A DNA stretch of 62,991 nt, counting the filler, from Octopus bimaculoides (taxonomy: Eukaryota): assembly GCF_001194135.2 (NCBI RefSeq). It is 5 parts of 4 records of this genome, joined end to end, with 100 filler letters (N's around TTAATTAATTAA, not from the genome) between each part and the next. Parts side by side here need not be neighbours in the genome. Positions count along the whole stretch, not along the records: positions 23,645 to 45,077 come from NC_068986.1; 4 more parts are not named here. One strand, given 5' to 3'. A model generated the notes under the pieces. That model was not told where the DNA came from and did not search any database. It was given only the letters and a program-made list of their open reading frames with translations. Below are positions 27,251 to 38,409 of this stretch, one piece after another (position 1 is the stretch's first letter; the number at the start of each line of letters is the position of its first letter). A program made the translations under genes and the position numbers.

Positions 27251-28705
27251 GGTAATAATAATGGTAATAGATGTGTTCAGTGAAGTGAACAGACCTCGTG
27301 TGCTTTTGAAGGGATGACTAAAATGTATCTACCTCACGCTGCAATTGGTTTGCTTTTTCAACGCGCTTGCCTTGCAAGTGTATCTCTGAAATTTCCTTTA
27401 TGAATTTCACTTTCTACCACAGAAAGTAATTACTTGTTGAATGATGGCCGTCATCGATACGGATGGAGGGTAGCAGGTGTGGCGGAGTGTTTAGTTACCA
27501 CAATGGAGGTCGTCTCGGCTGCGGCACACCGTTTTTGCTTGAAACACCAGCTGCTGATGAACGACCTTTAGCACCACCTGCATGGTTGGAGCAGGTCAAC
27601 CCTTTTATTCTCTATGTAAAGTTATAATTTCATGTGTTTTTGTTGTTGCCGTTGCTCCTGTTGTTTCGTTGTTCTTGTTGATGTCGTTCCTGTTGTTGTT
27701 ATTGCTGTCGCTATGGTCGTTGCTATGGTCGTTGTCACACAGACATACACAGACACAAGATCACAGAGGGTCGTTAAACAGCTATTATCCGGGCTTTCTA
27801 ATTTCTTTCAAAGTAAGCTTTCATAAGAATTTTTTTTAAATTAAAAAACAAATAACCTGTGACGAGGAGTTGCCGTGCTTCTTCAGTCTCACCTGGACAA
27901 CATGGTTTAGTAGTAGTAGTTGTTGTTGTTGTTGTTGTAGGTGGTGGTGGTCGTCGTGGTTGTCGTATTTAACCCTGAATTAACTTTGATCAGGACCCTA
28001 CAGCCATAATCATCCTGTTTTTTTTATGTCTGTTCGTTTTGAGGGGTTTTTTTTTCCAAACTGTGCCCTTTCTATTTTAAAGGAGTTGAGTAGAAGGAAA
28101 CCTTAAACGAGGACTCACTCCAATCTAATAACAATAATACATTAACTAAAAGAGTAAAGTGCCGAACTATATACATCTTTCGTTGAGGAAAAACTGTTTC
28201 ATTTAACAGAGGCAATTTTATTGCGGGGGGGTGGGAGAAGTTTGTATAGATTTTTGTGAAGGGGATGAGTGTTGTCATTGACTACAGTTTTCCAACAAGT
28301 CACTCACTGGCTCACTGTACTTATTATGATGAACCAGCGATTGATGGTGAGTATAACAAAGGCTTCCTTCTCGTAACTGGGGCGACGAGAGAAAGAAATA
28401 TCACAACGGTATATGTTTAAAGCACTTGTTCTTTAGTTTTCTCGTAAATGTTTACACATTTTGCTAATATACTTCGATGAATATATTACGTATACGCATG
28501 TATCAAATACATACATTACATACATAACACAAATATACATTACATAATATTTATATGCATACATATTCAGACATGCATACATACATACAAAACTACATAC
28601 ACACATACATTTATATATACATATATGAAATACATGTACAGTACAAAGTAAACTACATACATACGTAGATTACATATATACAAACATTACACACACATAC
28701 ACACA

Positions 28706-28749
<44 letters not shown>

Positions 28750-29166
28750 ACTTTCTAACGTTACGCTTATCGTAGCTGCTATCTAAACTCTGATGGAGCT
28801 TAGATTCTTTGTTAGAAACCAGCTCGTTCTTTATTAGAAAAATTAACGAGCTTTGAGAACCCTATCGCATCATTTAGGCAACGTACACAACATTAAACGG
28901 GGAATTAAGTATGTCGTACATCTACTCAACAATGGATACAATGACGCCTTCACTGTAGGTGAAGAACACCTAAATAGTTATTCTGCAAGCGCAGCTGTTC
29001 TGTGCTAAAACTGATCTACAATACTTAACAGAAACTCAGAAATGAAAGATTCATCATATTGGAACAAAGTTGTGCCTAGATACATATCTTGTGAGATACT
29101 AGGTGCCAACAACATTGATAGAAAAACTAACTCTCTCTTTCCTAGAACTGTGATAGATTCTTCCTA

Positions 29167-29400
29167 TCTCATCTAGAAGGATATGCTTTCGCTATGAATG
29201 AACAAGAGATAGCTACTAAAACCTTGTTTAAAAGAGGTGCTACCGAATTATCATTTTGAAATAATAAAAAAATGTTGATTGTGCCATACCAACGCAGAAA
29301 CTATCGCCCACATCATCAACAACCGCCCCAGAATGTCAGCATTACTTTCTCTTGAGATTGATATGCTTGTTAAACTTATTTACAATACTATCTGCAGAAA
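29167..29400 (+). mobile_element. Old R4/Dong-like LINE relic (knuckle region); may extend ~28800-29800
   Basis: SHLEGYAFAMNEQEIATKTLFKR, then C*LCHTNAETIAHII (CRLC with a CGA>TGA change). This matches the AQEQ/CxxC-x8-H region of the 16-23 kb copies. Confidence 0.6.
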
Positions 29401-30289
29401 AATTTGCCTCTTACCGTCACGCAGAACACAGATATGTAAGAGTGTGACTTGAATCCGGGACAACTTGATTACGAAAGGAATTTCTTAACTACACACCTGT
29501 TCTATTTTTATTTATTGTTTACTTATTATGAAGTTCTTTAAATTTCTAGTCAGTGGTAATCATGTATGGTACTATTTTATTCCTCTTAGAAATCATCTGC
29601 ATGTATTGTATTCTTCTGTTATCTATTGTATCCTCTCCTCTCCATTTATTACCTATTTGTATCCTTCCGTTTTTCGGAGAGCAGGAGTTTGACCTGATGA
29701 GAATATGGCTGCTAGTTCTGACTTCTACAGTGAATCCACAAAAGGTTTCGTTGTTATCTCGTCTTCTCAACAACTTTGTAGTAGCATCAAGCTGAAGACG
29801 GATTTGAAAGTAGCACTCTCGTTCTCAATCGATATTACAATAACAAAACAAAACTCTGCTCTAATTGTATAGTCTGAAATGATAAGAATGTTCTGATATT
29901 TTGGTTGACTGGAAAGTCAGTAGGAAGAGGGAGCATGAAACGAAATGCTGAGTAAGTGCTATAGATAGACCATAGTTAAGCTCCACGTTCGGTGATTATG
30001 CGAATAAGGGGTCCAACGTAGGTCATATATCAGCGTGTGAATATAAGGATTTACTTTTCGTAATGAGATGAAAAAAAAACACTTTAAACAGAACCCTTGA
30101 TTCAATAACACTGTGTATAAACTCTGTATTTGGAATGACCAATTTCAAAGACTGTTGGATTTTACTCATAGGTATTGGAATCTTAATAATGGATTTGCAA
30201 ATGCAATGACCAATCTTAAAGACTATTGGATTTTACTCACAAGGTATTGGAATCTTATATGTATACCATGGATATATATGGGTAGACAT

Positions 30290-31140
30290 AAACAAAATGC
30301 AACTAAACGAGGGAAAATTTGAGCATTTTGGGAAAAAAAGGCTAGGCTAAAACAGCCATACTCTCTTCCTTCAGAGGAACCTCGCCCGGCATCTAATAAT
30401 ATCAGGGACCTAGGAGTAATGGTTGATAAGAATCTCAGTTGGAGTGCCCACATCAACAAAAAGGTCAATATAGCTCGTAGGATGTACTCCTGGATCTTAA
30501 GAACCTTCCGGTCCAGAGAACAAAGTGTCATCATTCCACTTTTCTCCTCATTTGTACGACCACACCTCGAATACTGCTACCCCATGTGGTCTCCCCATAC
30601 AAAACAAAGCATCTCGAAAACTGAATCACCCCAGAGATCATTCACTAAAAGAATTAAGGGCATGACTGATCTTGGTTACTGGGACCGCCTTAAAGTATTG
30701 AAACTGTTCTCTCCAGCGTCGCCGTGGGCGATACATCATTTGCACGATGTGGAGAATATACCACCAGCATTACCCAAACGACCTCAACATTAGCTTCAAA
30801 ATTCCTCCAAAGCTAGGACCACGGGCCATACGTTCCCTACCCAATTCAGGGTCACAACACAATTTCTTTCCCTCAACAAGTCCTGCCCTATTTAACACTG
30901 TCCCGAAACAGATCAAAGAGGAAAAGGATCCCATTACCTTTAAACGGAATCTGGACAGATTTCTTCGAGGAATACCAGATAGGCCACCTATACCTGGATA
31001 CAACTCACTCGACAAGAACTAACTACTCGAATGGACCATGATACCACAAAACTTGACTTAAAAAGGGTTTAGATAATCCTATCAGGTGGTCCTATTAAGT
31101 TAGACATGTCCTGGACCAATATTTGGTCGAAACATATCTA
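30290..31140 (+). mobile_element. CR1-clade LINE, 5'-truncated 3' end of ORF2 with one frameshift, 3' UTR and (TATG)n tail
   Basis: IRDLGVMVDKNLSWSAHINKKVNIARRMYSWILRTFRSRE...LFSSFVRPHLEYCYPMWSPH...QRSFTKRIKG...YWDRLKVLKLFS; LFNTVPKQIK...FKRNLDRFLRGIPDRP. Confidence 0.9.
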
Positions 31141-31199
31141 TATGTATGTATGCATGCATGCATGCATGCATGCATGTATGTATGTATGTATGTATGTAT

Positions 31200-31362
31200 G
31201 TATACGCCGGGTTTCCACACAGCTTCTGTCTGCCGAATTCTCTCTCAAGGTATTGATCGGCCCGACTCTATGGTTAAAGTCAACTTCCCAAAGCGCTGCG
31301 CAGTGGAACTGAACCCGAAACAACACGGTTACAAAGTGAGCTTCTTAACCACACAGCCATGA
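31200..31362 (-). mobile_element. SINE family B-related 5' half, diverged
   Basis: The reverse complement reads catggctgtgtggttaagaagctc...gggttcagttccactgcgcagcgctttgggaag. Confidence 0.7.
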
Positions 31363-31818
31363 ATATTTGAAACCCTTACTGTTGCACATAATTTGATGTA
31401 TGGCTGCAATACTAACGGAGGGCAGGCGTGGGGTACCGTGATGTAGGCCAAAAGAACCCACGTATTCCCCGGTTGTTCTGCTTCGCTGGAAATAGCGGTA
31501 TTGTGTGAAGATGTCGACATCTTTGTGATCTACAGTTGACAACGGATGGCGGGTGTCCCAGATTGTAAGTTGGATGTGAAGTACAATATAAAAACTTTTC
31601 ATAGTTAATAATATTAAGGTACCGTTTAGAAATAACAAGAAATAATCAGAGAAAAAAGTCACGTGATTTGAAACCGGAAATAAGAATAAAGAAAGAAAAT
31701 AGCGTCTGGGGTATAAAACGATTGATGTTAACCGGAAGTCAAGTATAAGAAGTCTGTAACCTCCCTCTCCATACCTCGACAATCTTAGCGTTGCTATTTC
31801 AACTAATGTTTTTCGTGT

Positions 31819-31856
<38 letters not shown>

Positions 31857-32222
31857 GCCCAGCATACACACCCCATTACCGTTTACCAACTGGCGTCAGA
31901 CAGGACAATACTGATTATGGTGGTGGTGGTGGTGGTGGTGGTGCCAATGGTGGTAATTATGATAATGGCGGTGGTGGTGGTGGTGATGGTGGTGATGGTG
32001 GTCGTGGTGGTCGTGGCGGCAGTGATGTTGTCGCTGGTGTACTTATGGTGGCGGTTGTTTTGAATGTGGGTGGTAGAAGTCATAATAAAGGTGATTGTGT
32101 GAATGTGGGCTCTTGCAGCAGNNNNNNNNNNGATGTTGTCGCTGGTGTACTTATGGTGGCGGTTGTTTTGAATGTGGGTGGTAGAAGTCATAATAAAGGT
32201 GATTGTGTGAATGTGGGCTCTT

Positions 32223-32294
<72 letters not shown>

Positions 32295-32352
32295 ATGGTG
32301 GTGATGGCGGTGGTAGTTGTGGTGGTCGTGGTGGTAGTTATGGTGATGGTGA

Positions 32353-32413
<61 letters not shown>

Positions 32414-32559
32414 GGTGGTGGTTGTGGTGGTGCTAGTGGTAGTTGTGGTGGTAAGGGTGGTTATGGTGGTGCTGATTGTGATGGTGGAGGTGATGGTGGT
32501 AGTTAGTAAAAAGTTTGGTTAACAGTAGGAGTTTATGACGATTTTGGCTGCACCGTTAA

Positions 32560-33455
32560 ACTGCCTTGTGGTGTTTGTTCTGATTCTTAACGTTCTGACT
32601 TCGAATCCCGCCCATGTCAATAATACTTTTCATGTTCCCAGGATCGTTAAAATAAAGTACCATTTAAATCCTGGCTGGGGTTGATTTCATTGAGTGTTTC
32701 CTTCTGGCCCAAGACAAAAGATGTACATGATAACATTTCCAATCAGTTAAGATCAGAAGCTATGAGAGACAGTGCCTCATATTATTCTGTCGCTACGTTC
32801 TGAGTTCAAATTCCACCGAGGTCAACTTTGCCTTTCAACCTTTCGGGGTTGGTGAATTAAGTACAAGTGAAACACTGGGGTCGATATAATCAATATAATC
32901 ACGCACCCAATTTCAGTCCTTGCGCGTTTAGTAGAAAGGATTATTATCATCATCATCATCATCATCATCCTCATCATTGTTATTATTATTATCATCATTA
33001 TTATTGGCGAGCTGACAAAATTGTTAGCACGCTGGAGGAAATGCTTAGTGGTATTTCGTCTGTCGCTACGTTCTGAGTTCAAATTCCGCCGAGGTCGACT
33101 TTACCTTTCATCCTTTCGGAGTCGATAAATTAAGTGCCAATGGAACACTGGGGTCGATGTGATCGACTATCCTCCTCCTCCAAATTTCAGGCCTTGTGCC
33201 TATAATAGAAAAGATTATTATTATTATTATTATTATTATTATGATTGGTGAGGTGGTAGAATTGTTCGACCTCCAGACAAAATGCTGGTAAGCAGTTCAT
33301 GCGTTTGTACTTTTTCAGCTCAAGGTCGACATTTTTCGAGGTCGATGATATAAGTCCCAATTTAGCACCGGTGTCCATATAATTGACTAACCTCCGACTT
33401 ACCCCCGCCCACCAAAAATTGAAGGTCTTGAGTGCTTTTCGTTGAAAAGCTTATT
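32560..33455 (+). mobile_element. Tandem run of four SINE family C copies (about 32560-32708, 32780-33002, 33003-33243, 33246-33455)
   Basis: Repeated ctacgttctgagttcaaattcc..gaggtc(a/g)acttt..ctttca..ctttcgg..gtcgat; the younger copies end gaaa(g/a)gatt followed by (ATT/ATC)n. Confidence 0.85.
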
Positions 33456-33826
33456 ATTTCAACCGAGATCAGTTTTGCTTTTCGATTTCCCAGTGAGACA
33501 GAGAAAAACTGGGAAATAACTCGTTCGATCTAAACGACTGACCACCGTCCGAAATTTCTGACCTTCAGCCCGTATTAGAAACTGATGATAGTGACGACAA
33601 AAATCTCACAAGAAGATCCTGGTTGGTGATTAACGGAAATTGATACTAACAGTGCCTATCGTGTTAATAGCATTCTATAGTTATTGTTGTTTACGTTGAT
33701 GTTGTTGCTGTTGTTGTTTAGACTCAGGTCAGCCCTGATTAAGAATATCATCTCAATCTTGGCCATTTTCTTTTTCTGTTCTAACAGATCAAAGTATACT
33801 TGTATAGTTGCAATCCGAGCTATAGA

Positions 33827-34214
33827 TTGTTGTTGTTGTTGTTGTTGGCACTCCGTCGCTTACGACGTCGAGGGTTCCAGTTGATCCGATCAACAGAACA
33901 GCCTGCTCGTGAAATTAACGTGCAAGTGGCTGAGCACTCCACAGGCACGTGTACCCTTAACGTAGTTCTCGGGGATATTCAGCGTGACACAGTGTGACAA
34001 GGCTGGCCCTTTGAATTACAGGCACAACAGAAACAGGAAGTAAGAGTGAGAGAAAGTTGTGGTGAAAGAGTACAGCAGGGTTCGCCTCCATCCCCTGCCG
34101 GAGCCTCGTGGAGCTTTAGGTGTTTTCGCTCAATAAACACTCACAACCCCCGGTCTGGGAATCGAAACCGCGATCCTATGATCGCGAGTCCGCTGCCCTA
34201 ACCACTGGGCCATT
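33827..34214 (-). mobile_element. SINE family A (tRNA head, (AAC)n tail), full length
   Basis: A-box TGGCCCAGTGG and B-box-like GGTTTCGATTCCC; 3' end gacggagtgcc(aac)n. Near-identical to 35222-35601 and 45178-45486. Confidence 0.92.
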
Positions 34215-34657
34215 CGAGCTATTGATAAAAGGAGATGAACAAACGAAGGAAAATAAATAGAGGAAAAGAGGTGGGGGGTCAGAAAGACTGAGAGAAAAGT
34301 GTTGGGGCAGTAATGAACTGAAGTGTATCGAGATCCTAACTGGATGCTGTTAGTCTTCTTGGTAGGTAGTCTAATGTTCCTTTTGACCACATCCTATAAC
34401 AGGTGTGAACACATTCCAGTTTAACTCTTTCATTTGATGACGTGTTTTTTTTTCTTTTATAGTTTTACTATTTTATTTGTTCCACGTGTTTCTTCAAGTA
34501 TTTCGCTGTATACGTATATATAATGTGTACGTGTGTGTGTTTGTGTTTGTGTGTGTGTGTCTGTTTATGTTTTGCACTGCGCGACACTCCCTTCATCGGA
34601 TAACGTCTGTAGGCCGCAACGGGTTTTCGATAATGTCTCTTCCTTCCAACATTACCG

Positions 34658-34990
34658 AGTAAAAACACCCCCTTCGGTCATGAATGAGTATGGGATTTCA
34701 CCTAGAGAGTTCCCCACCCCCAAGGCATAAGTCAGGGCAAGGTTGTTTATGGAAGACCAGCAATCGCCCATGCATACAAGTCTCCCCTCTCCACACCACT
34801 GATGTTATCCAAGGGAAAGGCAAACACCGATACAGCTTGGCAACTCATTTCTACAGCTGAGTAAACTGGAGCAACGTTAAATAAAGTATCTTGCTCAAGA
34901 ACACAACATACGACCTGCAGTCCTGGAATCGAACTCACTACCTCATGATTGTGAGCCCGACGCCCCTAACCACTGAGCCATGTGCCTTCA
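34658..34990 (-). mobile_element. SINE family D (tRNA head plus CORE/V/Meta-like central domain)
   Basis: The reverse complement reads tggctcagtggttagggg..gagttcgattcc..tgtgttcttgagcaagatactttatt..tactcagctgtagaaatgagt. A second copy lies at 52306-52628. Confidence 0.85.
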
Positions 34991-35221
34991 TAGTACCAAC
35001 ACTACCAAACAAGATCAATTCTAGCATAGAATGTCCAAGCTTTCTGAGCCCGCACAAGCACGTTTTTTGTTGTTCGTTTGTCATTTCTTTTCTCCAGCCA
35101 TTCATGCAACTAGCCCATCAACCTTCAGGGTAACAGTAAATACTTTAAGCATGTAGCTGGTGGTTTGTTTTTGCTTTTGTCTTTCTCTTACATGTTTCTG
35201 CCATATCTATACCGAAGCAGA

Positions 35222-35601
35222 GGCGCAATGGCCCAGTGGTTAGGGCAGCGGACTCATGGTCATAGGATCGCGGTTTCGATTCCCAGACCGGGCGTTGTGA
35301 GTGTTTATTGAGCGAAAATACCTAAAGCTCCACGAGGCTCCGGCAGGGGATGGTGGCGAACCCTGCTGTACTCTTCCACCACAACTTTCTTTCACTCTTA
35401 CTTCCTGTTTCTGTTGTGCCTGTAATTCAAAGGGCCAGCCTTGTCACACTGTGTCACGCTGAATATCCCCGAGAACTACGTTAAGGGTACACGTGCCTGT
35501 GGTGTGCTCAGCCACTTGCACGTTAATTTCACGAGCAGGCTGTTCCGTTGATCGGATCAACTGGAACCCTTGACGTCGTAAGCGACGGAGTGCCAACAAC
35601 A
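35222..35601 (+). mobile_element. SINE family A, full length, inverted relative to 33827-34214
   Basis: ggcgcaatggcccagtggttagggcagcggactc...gacggagtgccaacaaca. Confidence 0.92.
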
Positions 35602-36404
35602 TATCCTTCACAAGTTCATGATCAGTCCAACAATTAGAAGCTCGCGATCCTCTAATGCTGTTTAGTCACAAGGTCGCGAGGTCAAGAGTCATAAGGTCGT
35701 ACGCTAGCAGAATGGACAAAAATCCTACATTTTATTTAGTGACACCTTTCAACAAACTAGCTTGAGATTTCTCGTCCAACTCATCCTTGTTATTTGTTCC
35801 TTCTAAGAACAATAAAATAAAAGAGACACCTCAACCAAATGAATCAAGTATTTCCTTAGCCAGTGCAAACATGACTTACGGTTGATTGGAAAAGTCTTTA
35901 TTACTGGAAAGAGAAATCAACATAAAAGAGAAATAACAAATCGTTTCTCTATGATAGTATCAATATATTTGAAATTGATACATCAATATGTTTCCGTGGG
36001 CGTTGTTTCGCTCATTGTCAGACGGGGATATTAGAGTAGCATGGTTTTACTTAAACAGACAATCAATAAGTCAACTACAACACAAAAGTTACATATTTTT
36101 AACAGAAGTCTTCTAACTAAAATCGAGCATCAATGTCTCATCAGATACTTCCAGAAGGCATAGCTACAAATCATTTGCAAACTTTAAATGTTGACAAGGC
36201 GTTGATTACAGACGTTGATGACCATTAGTAATTAACACTGAATACCTACGGACACTTAATTACAGAGCAGCTGTATATTTCCTTACCATGTAAAATATCT
36301 AAGCTCAACGCAAGATGTCCATATCTAGTAATTAACAATAGCTCCATACCTATCATTTTGCTGACGGCAAGATGGTAACATTTAATATACTTTTGTTCGT
36401 TTAT

Positions 36405-36748
36405 TCCTTTACTTATTCCAGTCATTTCACTGCGGTCATGCTGGAGCACCGCTTTGAAGGGGTTTGTTTTTGTTTTTTTAATTTTAGTCGAAGCAATTGA
36501 CCTCAGGACTTATTCTTTGTAAGCCTAGTATTTATTCTACTGGTCTCTTTTGCTGAACCGATAAATTACGGGGATGTAAACACACCAACATCGGTTGTCA
36601 ACCAGCCGTCTGCCAAATATAATCTCAAGGTTTTGTCGGCCCGAGGCTATAATAGAAGGCACTTGCCGGAGGTGTCACGCAGTAGGACTGAACCCGGAAC
36701 CATGTGGTTGAGAAGCAAGCTTCTTACCAAACAGTCACACCTGCACCT
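36405..36748 (-). mobile_element. SINE family B lacking the internal microsatellite segment
   Basis: The 3' half (cagtcatttcactgcggtcatgctggagcacc...catcggttgtcaa) is joined directly to the 5' half (ccgtctgccaaat...gaacccggaaccatgtggttgagaagcaagcttcttacc). Confidence 0.85.
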
Positions 36749-36864
36749 TTGCAATAATGCCGTTTCCATACCGGGAATATGTTTGCCTATTTAAAATGTT
36801 ACCTTTAATACTTTTATATAATATACAAAACGATATTCACCTTAAAAAAAAAAGTGTCTCTGAA

Positions 36865-37215
36865 ATATTTCATCCTTTCGGGATCGATAAAATAAGTATC
36901 AGTTGAACACTGGGGTCGATGTAATCGACTCATCCCCTCCCCCAAAATTACTGCCCTGGTGGCAAAATTTGAAACCATTATTCTGATGTGGCTTAAGGCG
37001 ACGAGTTAGCAGAATCGTTAGCACGCCGGGCCTAAATGCTTAGTGGTATTTCGTCTGCCGCTACGTTCTAAGTTCAAATTCCGCCGAGGTTGACTTTGTT
37101 TTTCATCCTTTCGGGATCGATGAATTAAGTACCAGTTACGTATTGAGGTTGATCTACTCGACTGGCTCCCTCCCATAAAATTTCAAGCCTTCTACTATAG
37201 TAGAAAGGATTATCG
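36865..37215 (+). mobile_element. Two tandem SINE family C copies (3' half 36865-36985; full length 36994-37215)
   Basis: ggcgacgagttagcagaatcgttagcacgccgggc...gttctaagttcaaattccgccgagg...tagtagaaaggattat. Confidence 0.88.
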
Positions 37216-38409
37216 TGATGTGTCTTGCTGCCTAATTTAAAGGAGTTTTGCTGGCTAATTTTAGCAGTTCGCGTAATTATTTTTGTGAATATGTATGTAT
37301 ATTAGTAACATTTGCAGCAGACAATGAATGACAAAGGGATTTTTTTTTTCCTTCTCTTAATAACATTTCAGTGAAATATCAAAGCGAAAACTTCTTTATG
37401 CATAGGGTCACCATACGTTCTGATTTATTAGCGTTGTTCTGGAAAGATTAAATTTGCTAGGTAATGATCTTAAGTAGTCTCCCTAGCGCATAATGAAACA
37501 CCTGTAACAATAATCCAACTAGGGTTTGAAAAACAGTTAGAGTTCTCTGAACTCAGGCTTGTGTGCACATTAATAACAGAGAACAATAAGATATTATATA
37601 AGATATGTTTTACATGAGAAATAGAGGCAGGCTGCAGAGCTTGAGCGATTCAACTTGACCCACAAACAATTCACCAAAATTGCTCGAGGACGAGTGAGTG
37701 AAGAATCTTTCATCTTTTACTCTAAGCTGCAGAGAACGTCTGGAATTTCGATAACCATACTTAATTCTTTTTTTCCCTCACACACATATTTATGGAAATG
37801 TACACATTCTATCCGGTGAGTATACATTTTTTTCTTGCATACATGAACTTTTGGATTAAATATCAATGAATTTTACGTTATTTCATGAATAAGCAATTCG
37901 ATCTGCATATTTCATCGCTGTTTTTCTTACTATGTTATTTACTGTAAATTTCTGTTATTGACACATCCTGAAATAAACCAAGTGTAATACATAATTTCTA
38001 TTTCTTTAACGTTTCTTATATATTTCCTGTAAAATAATTTTGTTTTAGAAGGGGAAAAGGGAAAATAGTAAAGCTTCTGACAATGCGGTAAGTTTAACAA
38101 AACGTTTATATTTCAGGCGCAAAGGCTCGGCGTCGTGTTAGCAGCAGCAGTCACTCCTCAACAAAAGGCTGAGGAATTTGAATAGGTTAACGCAACTTAT
38201 ATCATCTAGACATTTCCCAGACTATTTTTCTTCTGAGGAAGGGCTCTTGCGCCCATAATATAAAGGTTTTTTTAAAACTTTCTGCATTGCCAGAAGCTTT
38301 CTGTATTACTAGAAGCTTTCCTATTCTCTCTTTCTCCCTTCTTCGATAGTACAATGCTTCAAGCGAACTACAACGATCTAATTTTGTTTTAATTTTTACA
38401 TTGTTGAAA

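Noticed and set aside
32022-32230. Exact ~98-bp tandem duplication
   Set aside because: Identical copies on each side of a 10-N gap; typical unmerged contig overlap.
38088-38116. GTAAGT...TTTCAG mini-intron
   Set aside because: Only 29 nt, too short for a normal metazoan spliceosomal intron.
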